Shown: positions 24,938 to 32,917 of the stretch, in pieces
Layout: every line of letters begins with the position of its first letter
Position numbering within the stretch: the first letter of the stretch is position 1
Assembly: GCA_937870775.1 (NCBI GenBank)
Contig: CALMZU010000206.1
Span: 1-43,859, forward strand
Length of the DNA: 43,859 nt
From: an uncultured Elusimicrobia bacterium
Lineage (GTDB): Bacteria > Elusimicrobiota > Elusimicrobia > Elusimicrobiales > UBA9959
Reading direction: 5' to 3'
Notes under the pieces: generated by a model
The model's database searches: none
The model's input: the letters and a program-made list of their open reading frames with translations, nothing else
Told to the model about the DNA's origin: nothing
Made by a program: the position numbers and the translations under genes

Positions 24938-25021
24938 CATAAATGCGAAAACCCGCTTTTGGCGGGTTTTCGCGTCCCCCTGTTTCGGGGAGTCTCATTT
25001 GGTGGACACTAGGTGTCGACC
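24938..25021 (-). ncRNA. Candidate ~80-nt small RNA or attenuator leader, defined only by a promoter and a terminator
   Basis: This is the interval between the predicted start of the 25028-25056 promoter and the 24945-24973 terminator. It holds two further 5-bp hairpins (GACAC-cta-GTGTC and TCCCC-gaaacag-GGGGA). No family recognised. Confidence 0.3.
24945..24973 (-). terminator. Intrinsic terminator-like hairpin downstream of the OM-barrel gene
   Basis: 12-bp stem GCGAAAACCCGC / GCGGGTTTTCGC with loop CAAAA (read on the minus strand), followed by ATTTAT. The U residues lie partly inside the stem. Confidence 0.6.
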
Positions 25022-25027
25022 AATATG

Positions 25028-25056
25028 ATTGTAGCAGAGATTCCTTGACTTGTCAA
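25028..25056 (-). promoter_or_regulatory. Near-consensus sigma70-type promoter overlapping the stop codon of the OM-barrel gene
   Basis: On the minus strand: TTGACA (25056-25051), an exact 17-nt spacer, TACAAT (25033-25028). Confidence 0.6.
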
Positions 25057-25709
25057 GACCCCCCGGCAGGCTTAGCGCGGTCCTTCCACACGCCGTAGGT
25101 CAGCGTAAGCCCGGCATTCAGCGTGTCGGTCGCGCCCATGTCCAGCCCCCCGCCTTTCACGTTGAAGACGTGGTGCCAGCGCAGCTCCACCCCCAGGCGT
25201 GTGCCGAAAAGGAAGGAATATGACACGCCGCCGCCCAGGCTCAGGCCGGCGCTGGAACCCGAAGCGGAACCGTACCGGGTCCCGCCCGCGGTGTAGGCGG
25301 GGCTGCTCCACTGGTAGATCCCGGCGCCCAGCACGCCGTAGTACACGGCGCTGTCCGACGGGAAAGAGGCCTTTACGAAAGGGGACAGCGCGAACATCCT
25401 GAAACCCATCTCCGGCACGGAGCGGTTCTTATGCGACGGGGCGTAGTCGGCCTCCAGGCCGTAGCTCAGCAGCTCGTCCACCCTCTTTGAAACGGCCAGG
25501 CCGGCGAACTGCGAGGCCTTGAACCCGGCGTCCTTGTCCCCCCAGTGACCGCCGTAAGGCAGCGCCTGCCCGCCGGAGACGGAAACATAGCCGGCGAGGT
25601 AGCGCGTGGGCTCGGGCAGGTCGTCGAGTCCCGGCAGGTCGGGCAGGTCCTGCGCGGCCGCCGGGGCCGCCAGCGCCAGGCACAGGACCAGCGCCGCCGG
25701 CAGTTTCAT
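25053..25709 (-). CDS. Small outer-membrane beta-barrel protein (OmpA-barrel/OmpW-like)
   Basis: Signal peptide MKLPAALVLCLALAAPAAAQD, alternating aromatic/Gly beta-strand pattern and a strand-like C-terminal region (LNAGLTLTYGVW). ATGA overlap with the upstream gene. Confidence 0.75.
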   Translation of the reverse strand: MKLPAALVLCLALAAPAAAQDLPDLPGLDDLPEPTRYLAGYVSVSGGQALPYGGHWGDKDAGFKASQFAGLAVSKRVDELLSYGLEADYAPSHKNRSVPEMGFRMFALSPFVKASFPSDSAVYYGVLGAGIYQWSSPAYTAGGTRYGSASGSSAGLSLGGGVSYSFLFGTRLGVELRWHHVFNVKGGGLDMGATDTLNAGLTLTYGVWKDRAKPAGGS

Positions 25710-26791
25710 TTACCGCCCCAGGGCAGCACGCCTATGCCGGCTTTCACATTCTCGACGGAATAAACGCCGTCCTTCGACAGGAACCCGGCGCCCTTCATGC
25801 CGCTGTCCTTTATGAAGAAAGGAGTGTCGAGGTCTATGAAGTCGAAGCCGCCGAGGCCGCCGGCGAACTCGGCCGAGGCCGCGGAGGCGAGCTCGCTCTC
25901 GAGCATCTCGCCCATCATAAGCTTTATGCCGGCCGCGCGGGCCAGCGACCACACTTCGCGGGCGCGCAGGAAGCCGAGCTTCGTGAGCTTTATGTTCACG
26001 GCGGCCACCGCGCGGCGGCGTATCAGCCCGTAAACGTCGTCGAGGGAATAGGCCGACTCGTCGGCGCAGACCGGCATCGGGAGGCGCTTGGTAAGCCAGG
26101 CGAGCCCGTCCCAGTCGGCCTTGGCCACCGGCTGTTCAACCACCTCGGGCCGGATGCCGCGGCGGGCGAGCTCCTTTATGAACTTCTCGGCCTCCTTGGC
26201 GGTATAGGCGCAGTTGGCGTCCAGGTATATGGCGCAGCCGGGGGCGGCCTTCTTCACCGCCTCGAGGCGGCGGAAATCCTCGTCCATGTCCGAGCCGGTC
26301 TTCACCTTGAAGATGCGGAAGTTGCGCGCGCGCATTTTTTTGGTGAAGTCCAGCGCCGCGCCGGCGCCGCCTATCACCACGGTGATGTCGGTCTTCAGGC
26401 CCTTCTGCCTGCCGCCGAAGAACTTCCAGAGCGACACGCCCTGCAGCCTGCAGGCGAGGTCCAGCACGGCCATCTGCGCGGCCGCCAGCGCCGCCCTGTT
26501 GCCGTCGAGGGCGTCCTCAAGCGCGACCAGCGCGCCGAGGTAGTTGGAGACGTCGCGCCCGGCGAGCAGGCGGCCGGCGCGCTCCAGGCTCTTGGCGGTG
26601 CCGGCGCGGGTCTCGCCGGTGATATGCGTGGCTATCGCGGCCTCGCCGTAGCCCTTTACGCCGCCGGCGGCCTCCAGCGTGAACACCAGGTTCTCCAGGC
26701 TCTTGTGGCTGCCGGTGGATATGGTGAACGGGGTGAACAGCTCCGCGTCCAGCTTGCGCACCGAGAATTTCTTTATGATCGTCTCTTTCAT
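25706..26791 (-). CDS. Enolase-superfamily dipeptide (L-Ala-D/L-Glu-type) epimerase
   Basis: MR/MLE motifs: KxK (FKVKTG), metal ligands (YLDANCAY, VEQP, CADES) and the second base in NIKLTKLG. I chose the start at MKETIIKK (ATG 26791), which makes an ATGA overlap with the upstream stop, rather than the 716-aa ORF. Confidence 0.8.
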   Translation of the reverse strand: MKETIIKKFSVRKLDAELFTPFTISTGSHKSLENLVFTLEAAGGVKGYGEAAIATHITGETRAGTAKSLERAGRLLAGRDVSNYLGALVALEDALDGNRAALAAAQMAVLDLACRLQGVSLWKFFGGRQKGLKTDITVVIGGAGAALDFTKKMRARNFRIFKVKTGSDMDEDFRRLEAVKKAAPGCAIYLDANCAYTAKEAEKFIKELARRGIRPEVVEQPVAKADWDGLAWLTKRLPMPVCADESAYSLDDVYGLIRRRAVAAVNIKLTKLGFLRAREVWSLARAAGIKLMMGEMLESELASAASAEFAGGLGGFDFIDLDTPFFIKDSGMKGAGFLSKDGVYSVENVKAGIGVLPWGGK

Positions 26792-27942
26792 GTTGTCTTC
26801 CCCTTGTTTCCGTCGGGCGTACGTTCGCGCCCGAGCAGCATCAGAACCACCACTATAACGAAGATCAGCAGGCTCTGCGCCAGCAGCAGCCAGGTGCCCA
26901 GCGTGGAGGCGGTATGGCGTATGGTCCACGCGCCGAGGCCGAGGCAGACGTTGAGCAGCACGATGAAGCCGACGGTGGCCTCCACGCCGAGGCCGAGCTT
27001 CATCAGCCTGTGGTGGAAATGGTCCCTGCCGGTGTACTCCAGCCATTCCTTCACCGTTCTCACGCTGCCGTTGCGGACGCGTGAGACGGTGGTGTAGATG
27101 ATGTCGAAGATCGGTATGCCGAGTATCAAAAGCGGCGTGGACAGCGACACGGCGGGGTTGTCCGTGGCCCAGCTGCCGTACAGCGCGAGGCAGCCCAGTA
27201 TGAAGCCGATGAACGTCGAGCCGGAATCGCCCATGAACACGCGGGCCGGCCGCCAGTTCATGCGCAGGAAGCCGGCGCAGGCCCCGGCGAGGGCCGCCGA
27301 GATGAAGGCCAGCGGGTACTGGCCGGAATTCCAGCCTATGCCGAGGAAAAGCAGCGCGCAGACGGCGCCCATGCTGGAGGCGAGGCCGTCGATACCGTCC
27401 ATGAAGTTGAAGGCGTTGGTGATGCCCACCAGCCAGAACACGGAGAGCGCGGCGGACAGGACCCCGCCGAAGGGCAGGTTGAGCGGGAAGCTCAGGTGCA
27501 GGCCGAAGAAGGTGACGGCGAGCGCGGCCACGGTCTGCCAGAACAGCCTGACCCGCGCGGAAAGCCCGCGCCAGTCGTCGAAGAAGCCAAGCACGAAGAT
27601 CACCGTGCCGCCCGCCAGGATGCCGTACACCTCGCGCGAGAACTGCTGGTTGCGCAGCACGGCGGCCATGAAGCCTAGATAGACGGCCAGGCCGCCTATG
27701 CGCGGCACCGGTTCGGTATGCACCTTGCGGGCGTCGGGGACGTCCATGGCGCCTATGCGCGCGGCCAGCCAGGCGCTGGCCGGGGCCAGCAGGAAGACGG
27801 CGGACATCGCTATCAGGAAGAGGTAGGACCAGCGCAGGCCCTCGGTCCATGTCCACGCCGAGAAACCGCCGGGAGGCAGCATTATCAGCAGCAGCACCAG
27901 CGCGAGCAGTGAGACGGGGCCGCCGCGGCGCGGGATAGTCAT
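26788..27942 (-). CDS. Glycosyltransferase family 4 polyprenyl-phosphate HexNAc-1-phosphate transferase (WecA/MraY family)
   Basis: Motifs FFDDWRGL, NAFNFMDGIDGL and VFMGDSGSTFIGF, with about 10 TM helices. I chose the start at MTIPRRGG (ATG 27942), which makes an ATGA overlap. Confidence 0.85.
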   Translation of the reverse strand: MTIPRRGGPVSLLALVLLLIMLPPGGFSAWTWTEGLRWSYLFLIAMSAVFLLAPASAWLAARIGAMDVPDARKVHTEPVPRIGGLAVYLGFMAAVLRNQQFSREVYGILAGGTVIFVLGFFDDWRGLSARVRLFWQTVAALAVTFFGLHLSFPLNLPFGGVLSAALSVFWLVGITNAFNFMDGIDGLASSMGAVCALLFLGIGWNSGQYPLAFISAALAGACAGFLRMNWRPARVFMGDSGSTFIGFILGCLALYGSWATDNPAVSLSTPLLILGIPIFDIIYTTVSRVRNGSVRTVKEWLEYTGRDHFHHRLMKLGLGVEATVGFIVLLNVCLGLGAWTIRHTASTLGTWLLLAQSLLIFVIVVVLMLLGRERTPDGNKGKTT

Positions 27943-28565
27943 TTGCAGCCCAGCACGTAGTCGAGCAGCAGGCGCCTGGACGTGAAGCCCTCGGCGTACT
28001 TCACGCGGTCCTGGTAACCGCGGAACATGGCCGCGGCCTTCGCGCTCTCGACTATGGAGAGGTTCTTGACGCGGGTCTTGTAGACCTGCGAGCGGTGGCA
28101 TTTCAGCAGCGCCACCTTGCGGTCTATCACCCCGCCTATGTCGACGAAGATGCCCGGGTTGAAGTCCATCGTCGTGGGCACCTCGTAAAAGAGGAGGTTC
28201 TTGCAGTAGCGCGCCGCGGTCTCGACGGCGCGGGAGACGTTGCGGTGGTCCTGGTGGGTGTCCGCGGCGTGGTTGACGAGGACGATGTCGGGATCGACGG
28301 CCTCTATGCGTTCCTCGACGGCGCGTATCAGGTCGCGGTTCAGCGTCACGCCGGTGTCCTCGAAGCCGCCCCAGTAGAGTTTAGCCTTGAGCATGGCGGC
28401 GGAACGCTCCTGTTCGGCCACGCGCCGCTCCGGGTCGCCGCCGACGGAGCCGCGGGTCATCACCAGCAGGTGTATCTTGTGGCCGGCGGCGGCCATCTTG
28501 CAGAAAGTTCCGCCGCAGCCGAATTCCAGGTCGTCCGGGTGCGCGCCTATGCCCAGTATCTTCAT
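27939..28565 (-). CDS. PIG-L/LmbE-family N-acetylglucosaminyl deacetylase
   Basis: GAHPDDLEFGCGGT and THQDH zinc-site motifs. 208 aa. Confidence 0.85.
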   Translation of the reverse strand: MKILGIGAHPDDLEFGCGGTFCKMAAAGHKIHLLVMTRGSVGGDPERRVAEQERSAAMLKAKLYWGGFEDTGVTLNRDLIRAVEERIEAVDPDIVLVNHAADTHQDHRNVSRAVETAARYCKNLLFYEVPTTMDFNPGIFVDIGGVIDRKVALLKCHRSQVYKTRVKNLSIVESAKAAAMFRGYQDRVKYAEGFTSRRLLLDYVLGCK

Positions 28566-28576
28566 GGTCCCCCCGC

Positions 28577-29374
28577 CTAGCGGCTGCTCTCCACGCCCTC
28601 GGCCACCAGCGCCTCGGTCACGGTCTTCTCGCCCTTGGAGAAGGCGGCCAGCATGCTCATGTTGGCGATATTGTTTATCCAGCGCGGTATGCCGCCCGAG
28701 CGCTCGTAGAGCAGCTCCATCGCCCGCTCGTCGAAGATCTCCCCCTCGGCGCCGGCTATCTCGAGGCGGTGCCGCACGTAGTTCTTGGTCTCCTCGAAGT
28801 CGAGCGGCTTGAGGTGGTAGCTCAGCGTGATGCGCTGGCTGAACTGCTTGTTGGAGTCCAGCTTCTCCCGGAGCTCCGGCTGGCCGCTCAGTATCAGCGT
28901 CAGCAGGAAGCGGGTCTCGGTCTGGAAATTGAGGAGCAGGCGCAGTTCCTCGAAGACGTTCTCGTCGTTTATCAGCTGGGCCTCGTCTATCGCGACGACG
29001 ACGTGCTTGCCGTCCTGCATGGTGTCGCGCAGGAAGCGCTCTATGCCCATCAGCACGTCCTCCTTGGTCTTGGGGACGTTGTAACCGGTGAAATTGTGGA
29101 GGATGATCTTGAGCAGCCCCAGGTCGTCGAGGCGGGGGTTCTGCACCGACGAGAAGACGTAGCCCTTCTTCTTGAACTGGCGCTCGAGGGCCTTCAGTAT
29201 CAGGGTCTTGCCGGTGCCGTAGGCTCCGGTTATCACCGCGCAGGCCTTCTTCTCGTCGACGACGTACGAGAGCCGGGAAAAGGCCTCCTCGTGCTTCTCG
29301 GACTCGAAAAAGAACTCCGTGTCGGGAGTGTTCTCGAAAGGGAGCTTCTTCAGGTTCCAGTGCTTCTGGTACAT
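28577..29374 (-). CDS. ExeA/MshM-like AAA+ (AAA_22) ATPase, ATPase domain only
   Basis: N-terminal FENTPDTEFFFESEKHEEA, Walker A GAYGTGKT, Walker B VVAIDEAQ. There is no C-terminal peptidoglycan-binding part. Confidence 0.7.
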   Translation of the reverse strand: MYQKHWNLKKLPFENTPDTEFFFESEKHEEAFSRLSYVVDEKKACAVITGAYGTGKTLILKALERQFKKKGYVFSSVQNPRLDDLGLLKIILHNFTGYNVPKTKEDVLMGIERFLRDTMQDGKHVVVAIDEAQLINDENVFEELRLLLNFQTETRFLLTLILSGQPELREKLDSNKQFSQRITLSYHLKPLDFEETKNYVRHRLEIAGAEGEIFDERAMELLYERSGGIPRWINNIANMSMLAAFSKGEKTVTEALVAEGVESSR

Positions 29375-29381
29375 GCCTGAT

Positions 29382-29410
29382 ATTTAATTATAATTAAGGC
29401 GACAAAGCAA
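29382..29410 (-). promoter_or_regulatory. Candidate promoter of the exeA-like operon, embedded in a 14-bp perfect AT palindrome
   Basis: On the minus strand: TTGCTT (29410-29405), 17 nt, TTAAAT (29387-29382), with an overlapping TATAAT (29392-29387). The palindrome TTAATTATAATTAA spans 29384-29397. The ATG at 29374 has no Shine-Dalgarno. Confidence 0.45.
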
Positions 29411-29430
29411 CCGGCGCGCCGGCGTGACGG

Positions 29431-30639
29431 TCAGCGCGTCCAGACGGCGTAAGACTGGCCGTGCGCGGCCAAGGTCCAGCCTGACCCGGGGTTCCAGTCC
29501 CTGTCGCCCAGTTTCAAGGCGACCTTGCCGTCGGTGACCGCGGCGTAAAGCCCGTGCTCGGCCCTGAGTATCTCCACCGAGCTGGCCGAGGTTATGCCGG
29601 CCGCGCGGCGTATCTTCACCAGCGCCGCGATCTCGTTCTTGAGGCCCCGGTCGAAGAAATGCGTCCAGAATATGCAGGGCACCCCGGGATGGGTCATTAT
29701 GTAGGCGTAACCGGCCGTTACCTTGTCGGACGGGAAAGGCCAGGCGGTGGCGGTATCGTGGTTCTCGACGAAGGTCACGGCCGCCGCGGGCCACCAGCCT
29801 ATAAGCCCGGCGGGGGCGCCCTTCCTGTCCTTCAGCCGCCAGAACTCTCCGGAGTAAAAGGCCTGCTGCAGCAGTCCCTTCGTCGTGAAATCGAAAACCG
29901 AGACCTCGCCGTTCACGGTGTCCAGCCAGTCGCAGAGGGCCTGGCGGTGCGCGTCGGGGCGGTTCAGGTCCAGCGTATCCCAGATCTCCGCCACCGCGAA
30001 GGCGGGGTTGCTGGCCCTGCTGTAGTCCAGCAGGTAGCGCGACGAGTAGCCGCGGGCGTAATCGAAGCGCCAGCCGTCGAAGCCGAAATCCCTCAGGTCG
30101 TTGAGCCAGTTCTTTATCGAGGCCTGCACGTACGGCCGGGAATGGTCGATGTCGCGGGCGTAAGGCACGCCCCAGCCGCTGTCCTTCGCGCCCTTGCCCT
30201 TGTTCCACTCGTCGTCGGAGGTGACGGCGTCCGCGCCCCAGGCGGGCGAGTCGAAATCGGCCCAGTCGTTGAGGCCCACGCGGTGGTTAAGCACCACGTC
30301 GCCTATCACGCGCACGCCGGAGGCGTGCAGGCGGCGTATCGCCGCGGAGAGCTGGGCGGAGGTGCCGTAGGAGGAATCCAGCAGGGTAAGCCTGCGGGGC
30401 ATATAGCCCTGGCTGTCGGCGGAGTCGGAGGCCGGGGGCAGCCACACCATGTCCACGCCGGCCTTCGCTATCTCGGCGGCGTCGGCCGCCACCACGCCCC
30501 ACCACGGCGAGGTCTTCCAGGAGTCCCAGTGGAAGCCCTGCATCATCACCGAGGAGTCGCCGTCGAGGCGCGCGGAAGAGGCCAGGCAGGGGACCTGCCC
30601 GGCGGCAAAAAGGAGGAACGCAATGAGAACGGCTCTCAT
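29431..30639 (-). CDS. Secreted GH13 alpha-amylase
   Basis: Signal peptide followed by MQGFHWDS. The conserved GH13 regions are DVVLNHR, GWRFDYARG, AEIWD and FVENHDT. Confidence 0.9.
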   Translation of the reverse strand: MRAVLIAFLLFAAGQVPCLASSARLDGDSSVMMQGFHWDSWKTSPWWGVVAADAAEIAKAGVDMVWLPPASDSADSQGYMPRRLTLLDSSYGTSAQLSAAIRRLHASGVRVIGDVVLNHRVGLNDWADFDSPAWGADAVTSDDEWNKGKGAKDSGWGVPYARDIDHSRPYVQASIKNWLNDLRDFGFDGWRFDYARGYSSRYLLDYSRASNPAFAVAEIWDTLDLNRPDAHRQALCDWLDTVNGEVSVFDFTTKGLLQQAFYSGEFWRLKDRKGAPAGLIGWWPAAAVTFVENHDTATAWPFPSDKVTAGYAYIMTHPGVPCIFWTHFFDRGLKNEIAALVKIRRAAGITSASSVEILRAEHGLYAAVTDGKVALKLGDRDWNPGSGWTLAAHGQSYAVWTR

Positions 30640-30645
30640 TACATA

Positions 30646-30674
30646 TTTTTTAGCAGATTGACTTTTTTTGTCAA
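30646..30674 (-). promoter_or_regulatory. Candidate promoter of the alpha-amylase gene (leaderless geometry)
   Basis: On the minus strand: TTGACA (30674-30669), 16 nt, TAAAAA, then 7 nt to the ATG at 30639. No Shine-Dalgarno. The -35 box is one arm of TTGAC-T7-GTCAA. Confidence 0.4.
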
Positions 30675-30691
30675 GGGCCCAAAGGGCGCGG

Positions 30692-31744
30692 TCAGCGGAA
30701 GGTCTTGCGCACCAGTTCGGCCCGGAAGGCGTCGCGGTCCTCGGGGCCCAGCGCCTTGCCGGCCGCGGCCTGTATGTGCGCCGGCTGCATCAGCAGCGTG
30801 GCCTGGTTGAAGTCGCTGTAGCCGGCCCCGACGCTCCAGCCCATGGCCGCGCCCATGCGGGCCAGCGAGACGTTCTGCATGAACTCCTCGTAGGACAGGG
30901 TGCGCGCGTGCCTCAGCAGCCCGATCGCGCGGTACACCGCGTCCTCGGTCCTGAGCCTGGCCCGCCCTTTGAGCAGCGCCTCGCGGGCCGAGATCTCCTG
31001 GCGTATCAGGTTGCGTATCACGCGGTCTATGTTCTGGCAGAACTCGCCTTCGGTGCGGCCGAGACAGGTGGCGTTGGAGATCTGGTAATAGTCGCCGAGG
31101 GCCACTGTGCCCTCGCCGTATATGCCGCGCGCGGTCACGCCGAGGTGCGAGAGGTTCTCGAGCACCGCGGGCATGCGGCCGAGGCGCGACAGCGCAGGCA
31201 GGTGGGCCAGGCACGACACGCGCATGCCGGTGCCGGCGTTGGTGGGGCAGGCGGTCAGGTAGCCGAAGCGCGGGCTGTAGGCGAAAGGCAGGGCGCGGCC
31301 CAGCGCCTCGTCCAGGCGCATCGCGGCGGCGAAACATTCCTCTATCGCGAAGCCTGAGGCGAGGCACTGCAGCCTCAGGTGGTCCTCCTCGTTGATCATC
31401 ACCGAGAGGTCCTCGTCGTTGGACACCGCGGCGCCGGCCGGCAGCACGGCCCCGGCGAGCAGCCGCGACACGTGGTGCCGCTCGACGAGGAAGCGGCGCT
31501 CCAGCTGGCCGAGGGTCTCGAACTTGAGGAAGTGACCGCGCGGGAACAGGCCGGTGCCGCGCGCCGCCGTCAGCGCCAGGCGGCGCATCTCGGCGAGTTC
31601 GCGGGGCTCGGCGCGGTTGGGGAAAGGGAAGCCCTCCAGGTTGCGCGCGAAACGCACGCGCGTGGAGAAGATCATGTCCGGCCAGGCGCCGCGCTCGTTG
31701 GCCCAGGTGACGTAGGGGCGGAAGCTCTTTATCATCTCAGGCAT
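30692..31744 (-). CDS. mcsB: Protein arginine kinase (ATP:guanido phosphotransferase)
   Basis: STRVRFARNLEGFPFP, NEEDHLRLQC, GYLTACPTNAGTGMR and RGIYGEG all match my memory of the Bacillus McsB pattern. Confidence 0.9.
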   Translation of the reverse strand: MPEMIKSFRPYVTWANERGAWPDMIFSTRVRFARNLEGFPFPNRAEPRELAEMRRLALTAARGTGLFPRGHFLKFETLGQLERRFLVERHHVSRLLAGAVLPAGAAVSNDEDLSVMINEEDHLRLQCLASGFAIEECFAAAMRLDEALGRALPFAYSPRFGYLTACPTNAGTGMRVSCLAHLPALSRLGRMPAVLENLSHLGVTARGIYGEGTVALGDYYQISNATCLGRTEGEFCQNIDRVIRNLIRQEISAREALLKGRARLRTEDAVYRAIGLLRHARTLSYEEFMQNVSLARMGAAMGWSVGAGYSDFNQATLLMQPAHIQAAAGKALGPEDRDAFRAELVRKTFR

Positions 31745-32255
31745 GGCCGTTCCCCAAACGCTTCATCGCGTCGCGCAGCCGCGCCGCGGCCTCGAAATCC
31801 TCGCGGGACACGGCCTCGTTGAGCTCGGCGCGCAGCTGCTCCAGCCGGCGGGCGGCCTCGGCCTTGGAAAGTTTCAGTTCGGCCCCCCCGGCGTAGGCGC
31901 GGCCGGTGTGCTGGGCCGAGCCGTGTATGCGGGCCATCAGCTCCACGAGCTGGGCCTCGAAACTTGAATAGCAGTCCGGGCAGCCCAGCCGCCCGCTCTC
32001 CTTGAAATCGGCGTACTTGAGGCCGCAGCCGCGGCAGCGCAGGGTCTTCTTCTCCGGCGGCAGGAAATCCTTGAAATAGCCGCTCATGTTGCCGACTATG
32101 TCGCCGATGTTGAAAGCCCCGGTCTCGAGACCGAAGCCCATGCCCTTCTTGGCCGCGCAGGCCGGGCACAGGTGCATCTCGGTGATCTTGTTGTTGACCG
32201 CCAGCTTCAGGAAGACGGCGGCGGCCTCCTTGCGGCATTCCTCGCAGAGCTTCAA
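31737..32255 (-). CDS. mcsA: Protein arginine kinase activator (zinc-finger plus UVR domain)
   Basis: Four CxxC pairs (CEEC, CPAC, CRGC, CPDC) and a C-terminal UVR motif EDFEAAARLRDAMKRL. TTG start in a TTGA overlap with lolD. 8-nt overlap with mcsB. Confidence 0.8.
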   Translation of the reverse strand: MKLCEECRKEAAAVFLKLAVNNKITEMHLCPACAAKKGMGFGLETGAFNIGDIVGNMSGYFKDFLPPEKKTLRCRGCGLKYADFKESGRLGCPDCYSSFEAQLVELMARIHGSAQHTGRAYAGGAELKLSKAEAARRLEQLRAELNEAVSREDFEAAARLRDAMKRLGNGHA

Positions 32256-32917
32256 GGCTGCGCCTCCAGCCGGCCGGCGTTCATGCGCAGCACGCGGTCG
32301 GCGCGGCGCGCGGCCTCCTCGTTATGCGTCACCATCAGCACGGCCGTGCCGCCGTCGGCCGCGCGGCGCAGGTCGTCCAGCACCACGCCGGAGTTGTGGC
32401 GGTCCAGGTTGCCGGTGGGCTCGTCGGCTATCAGCAGCGCGGGGGCGTTCCGGAGCGCCCTGAGCATGGCGGCGCGCTGCTTCTCGCCGCCGGAGATCTC
32501 CATCGGGAACTTGTCCGCTATGGCCTCCAGGCCGAAGCGCTTCAGGAGCTCGCGGGCCTTGCGCCCGCCGGAGCCCAGCACCCGCGCCGGCATCTCTATG
32601 TTCTCGGCCACCGTGAACTCCGGCAGCAGCGAGTCGAACTGGAAGACGAAGCCTATGTTCTTCAGGCGCAGCAGGGCCTTCTGGTCCTCGTCGAGGTCCT
32701 CGAGGCGCCGCCCGAAAAGCAGTATCTCGCCGCTGTAAACGTCGTCGAGCAGACCGACTATGTTGAGAAAGGTGGACTTGCCGGAGCCCGACGGCCCGAC
32801 GATGGAGACGAACTCCCCCCGCGAGATGTGGAAATCCAGCTCCTCGAGCACCAGCGTCTGCTCGTGCCCCTGTGTGTACGCCTTGCTCAGCGCCTTTATC
32901 TCGACGATCTTATCCAT
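32252..32917 (-). CDS. lolD: Lipoprotein-releasing system ATP-binding protein (LolD/FtsE-type)
   Basis: Walker [10 protein letters not shown], signature ISGGEKQR, Walker [13 protein letters not shown]. Paired with a LolC/E-type permease gene. Confidence 0.75.
   Translation of the reverse strand: MDKIVEIKALSKAYTQGHEQTLVLEELDFHISRGEFVSIVGPSGSGKSTFLNIVGLLDDVYSGEILLFGRRLEDLDEDQKALLRLKNIGFVFQFDSLLPEFTVAENIEMPARVLGSGGRKARELLKRFGLEAIADKFPMEISGGEKQRAAMLRALRNAPALLIADEPTGNLDRHNSGVVLDDLRRAADGGTAVLMVTHNEEAARRADRVLRMNAGRLEAQP

Noticed and set aside
24831-25056. THF, ZTP (pfl) or T-box riboswitch upstream of ftcd.
   Set aside because: I could not find the conserved cores I remember, for example the ZTP CCGCCUGGGC-type 3' module or the T-box specifier/T-box sequence. 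I kept it only as an unclassified promoter-terminator unit. A covariance-model scan is needed.
28577-29374. The AAA_22 ATPase as a TniB-like transposition protein marking a mobile element.
   Set aside because: No transposase, integrase or terminal repeats lie nearby. The N-terminal FENTPD-type segment fits ExeA/MshM-like proteins, and the gene is coupled to envelope enzymes.
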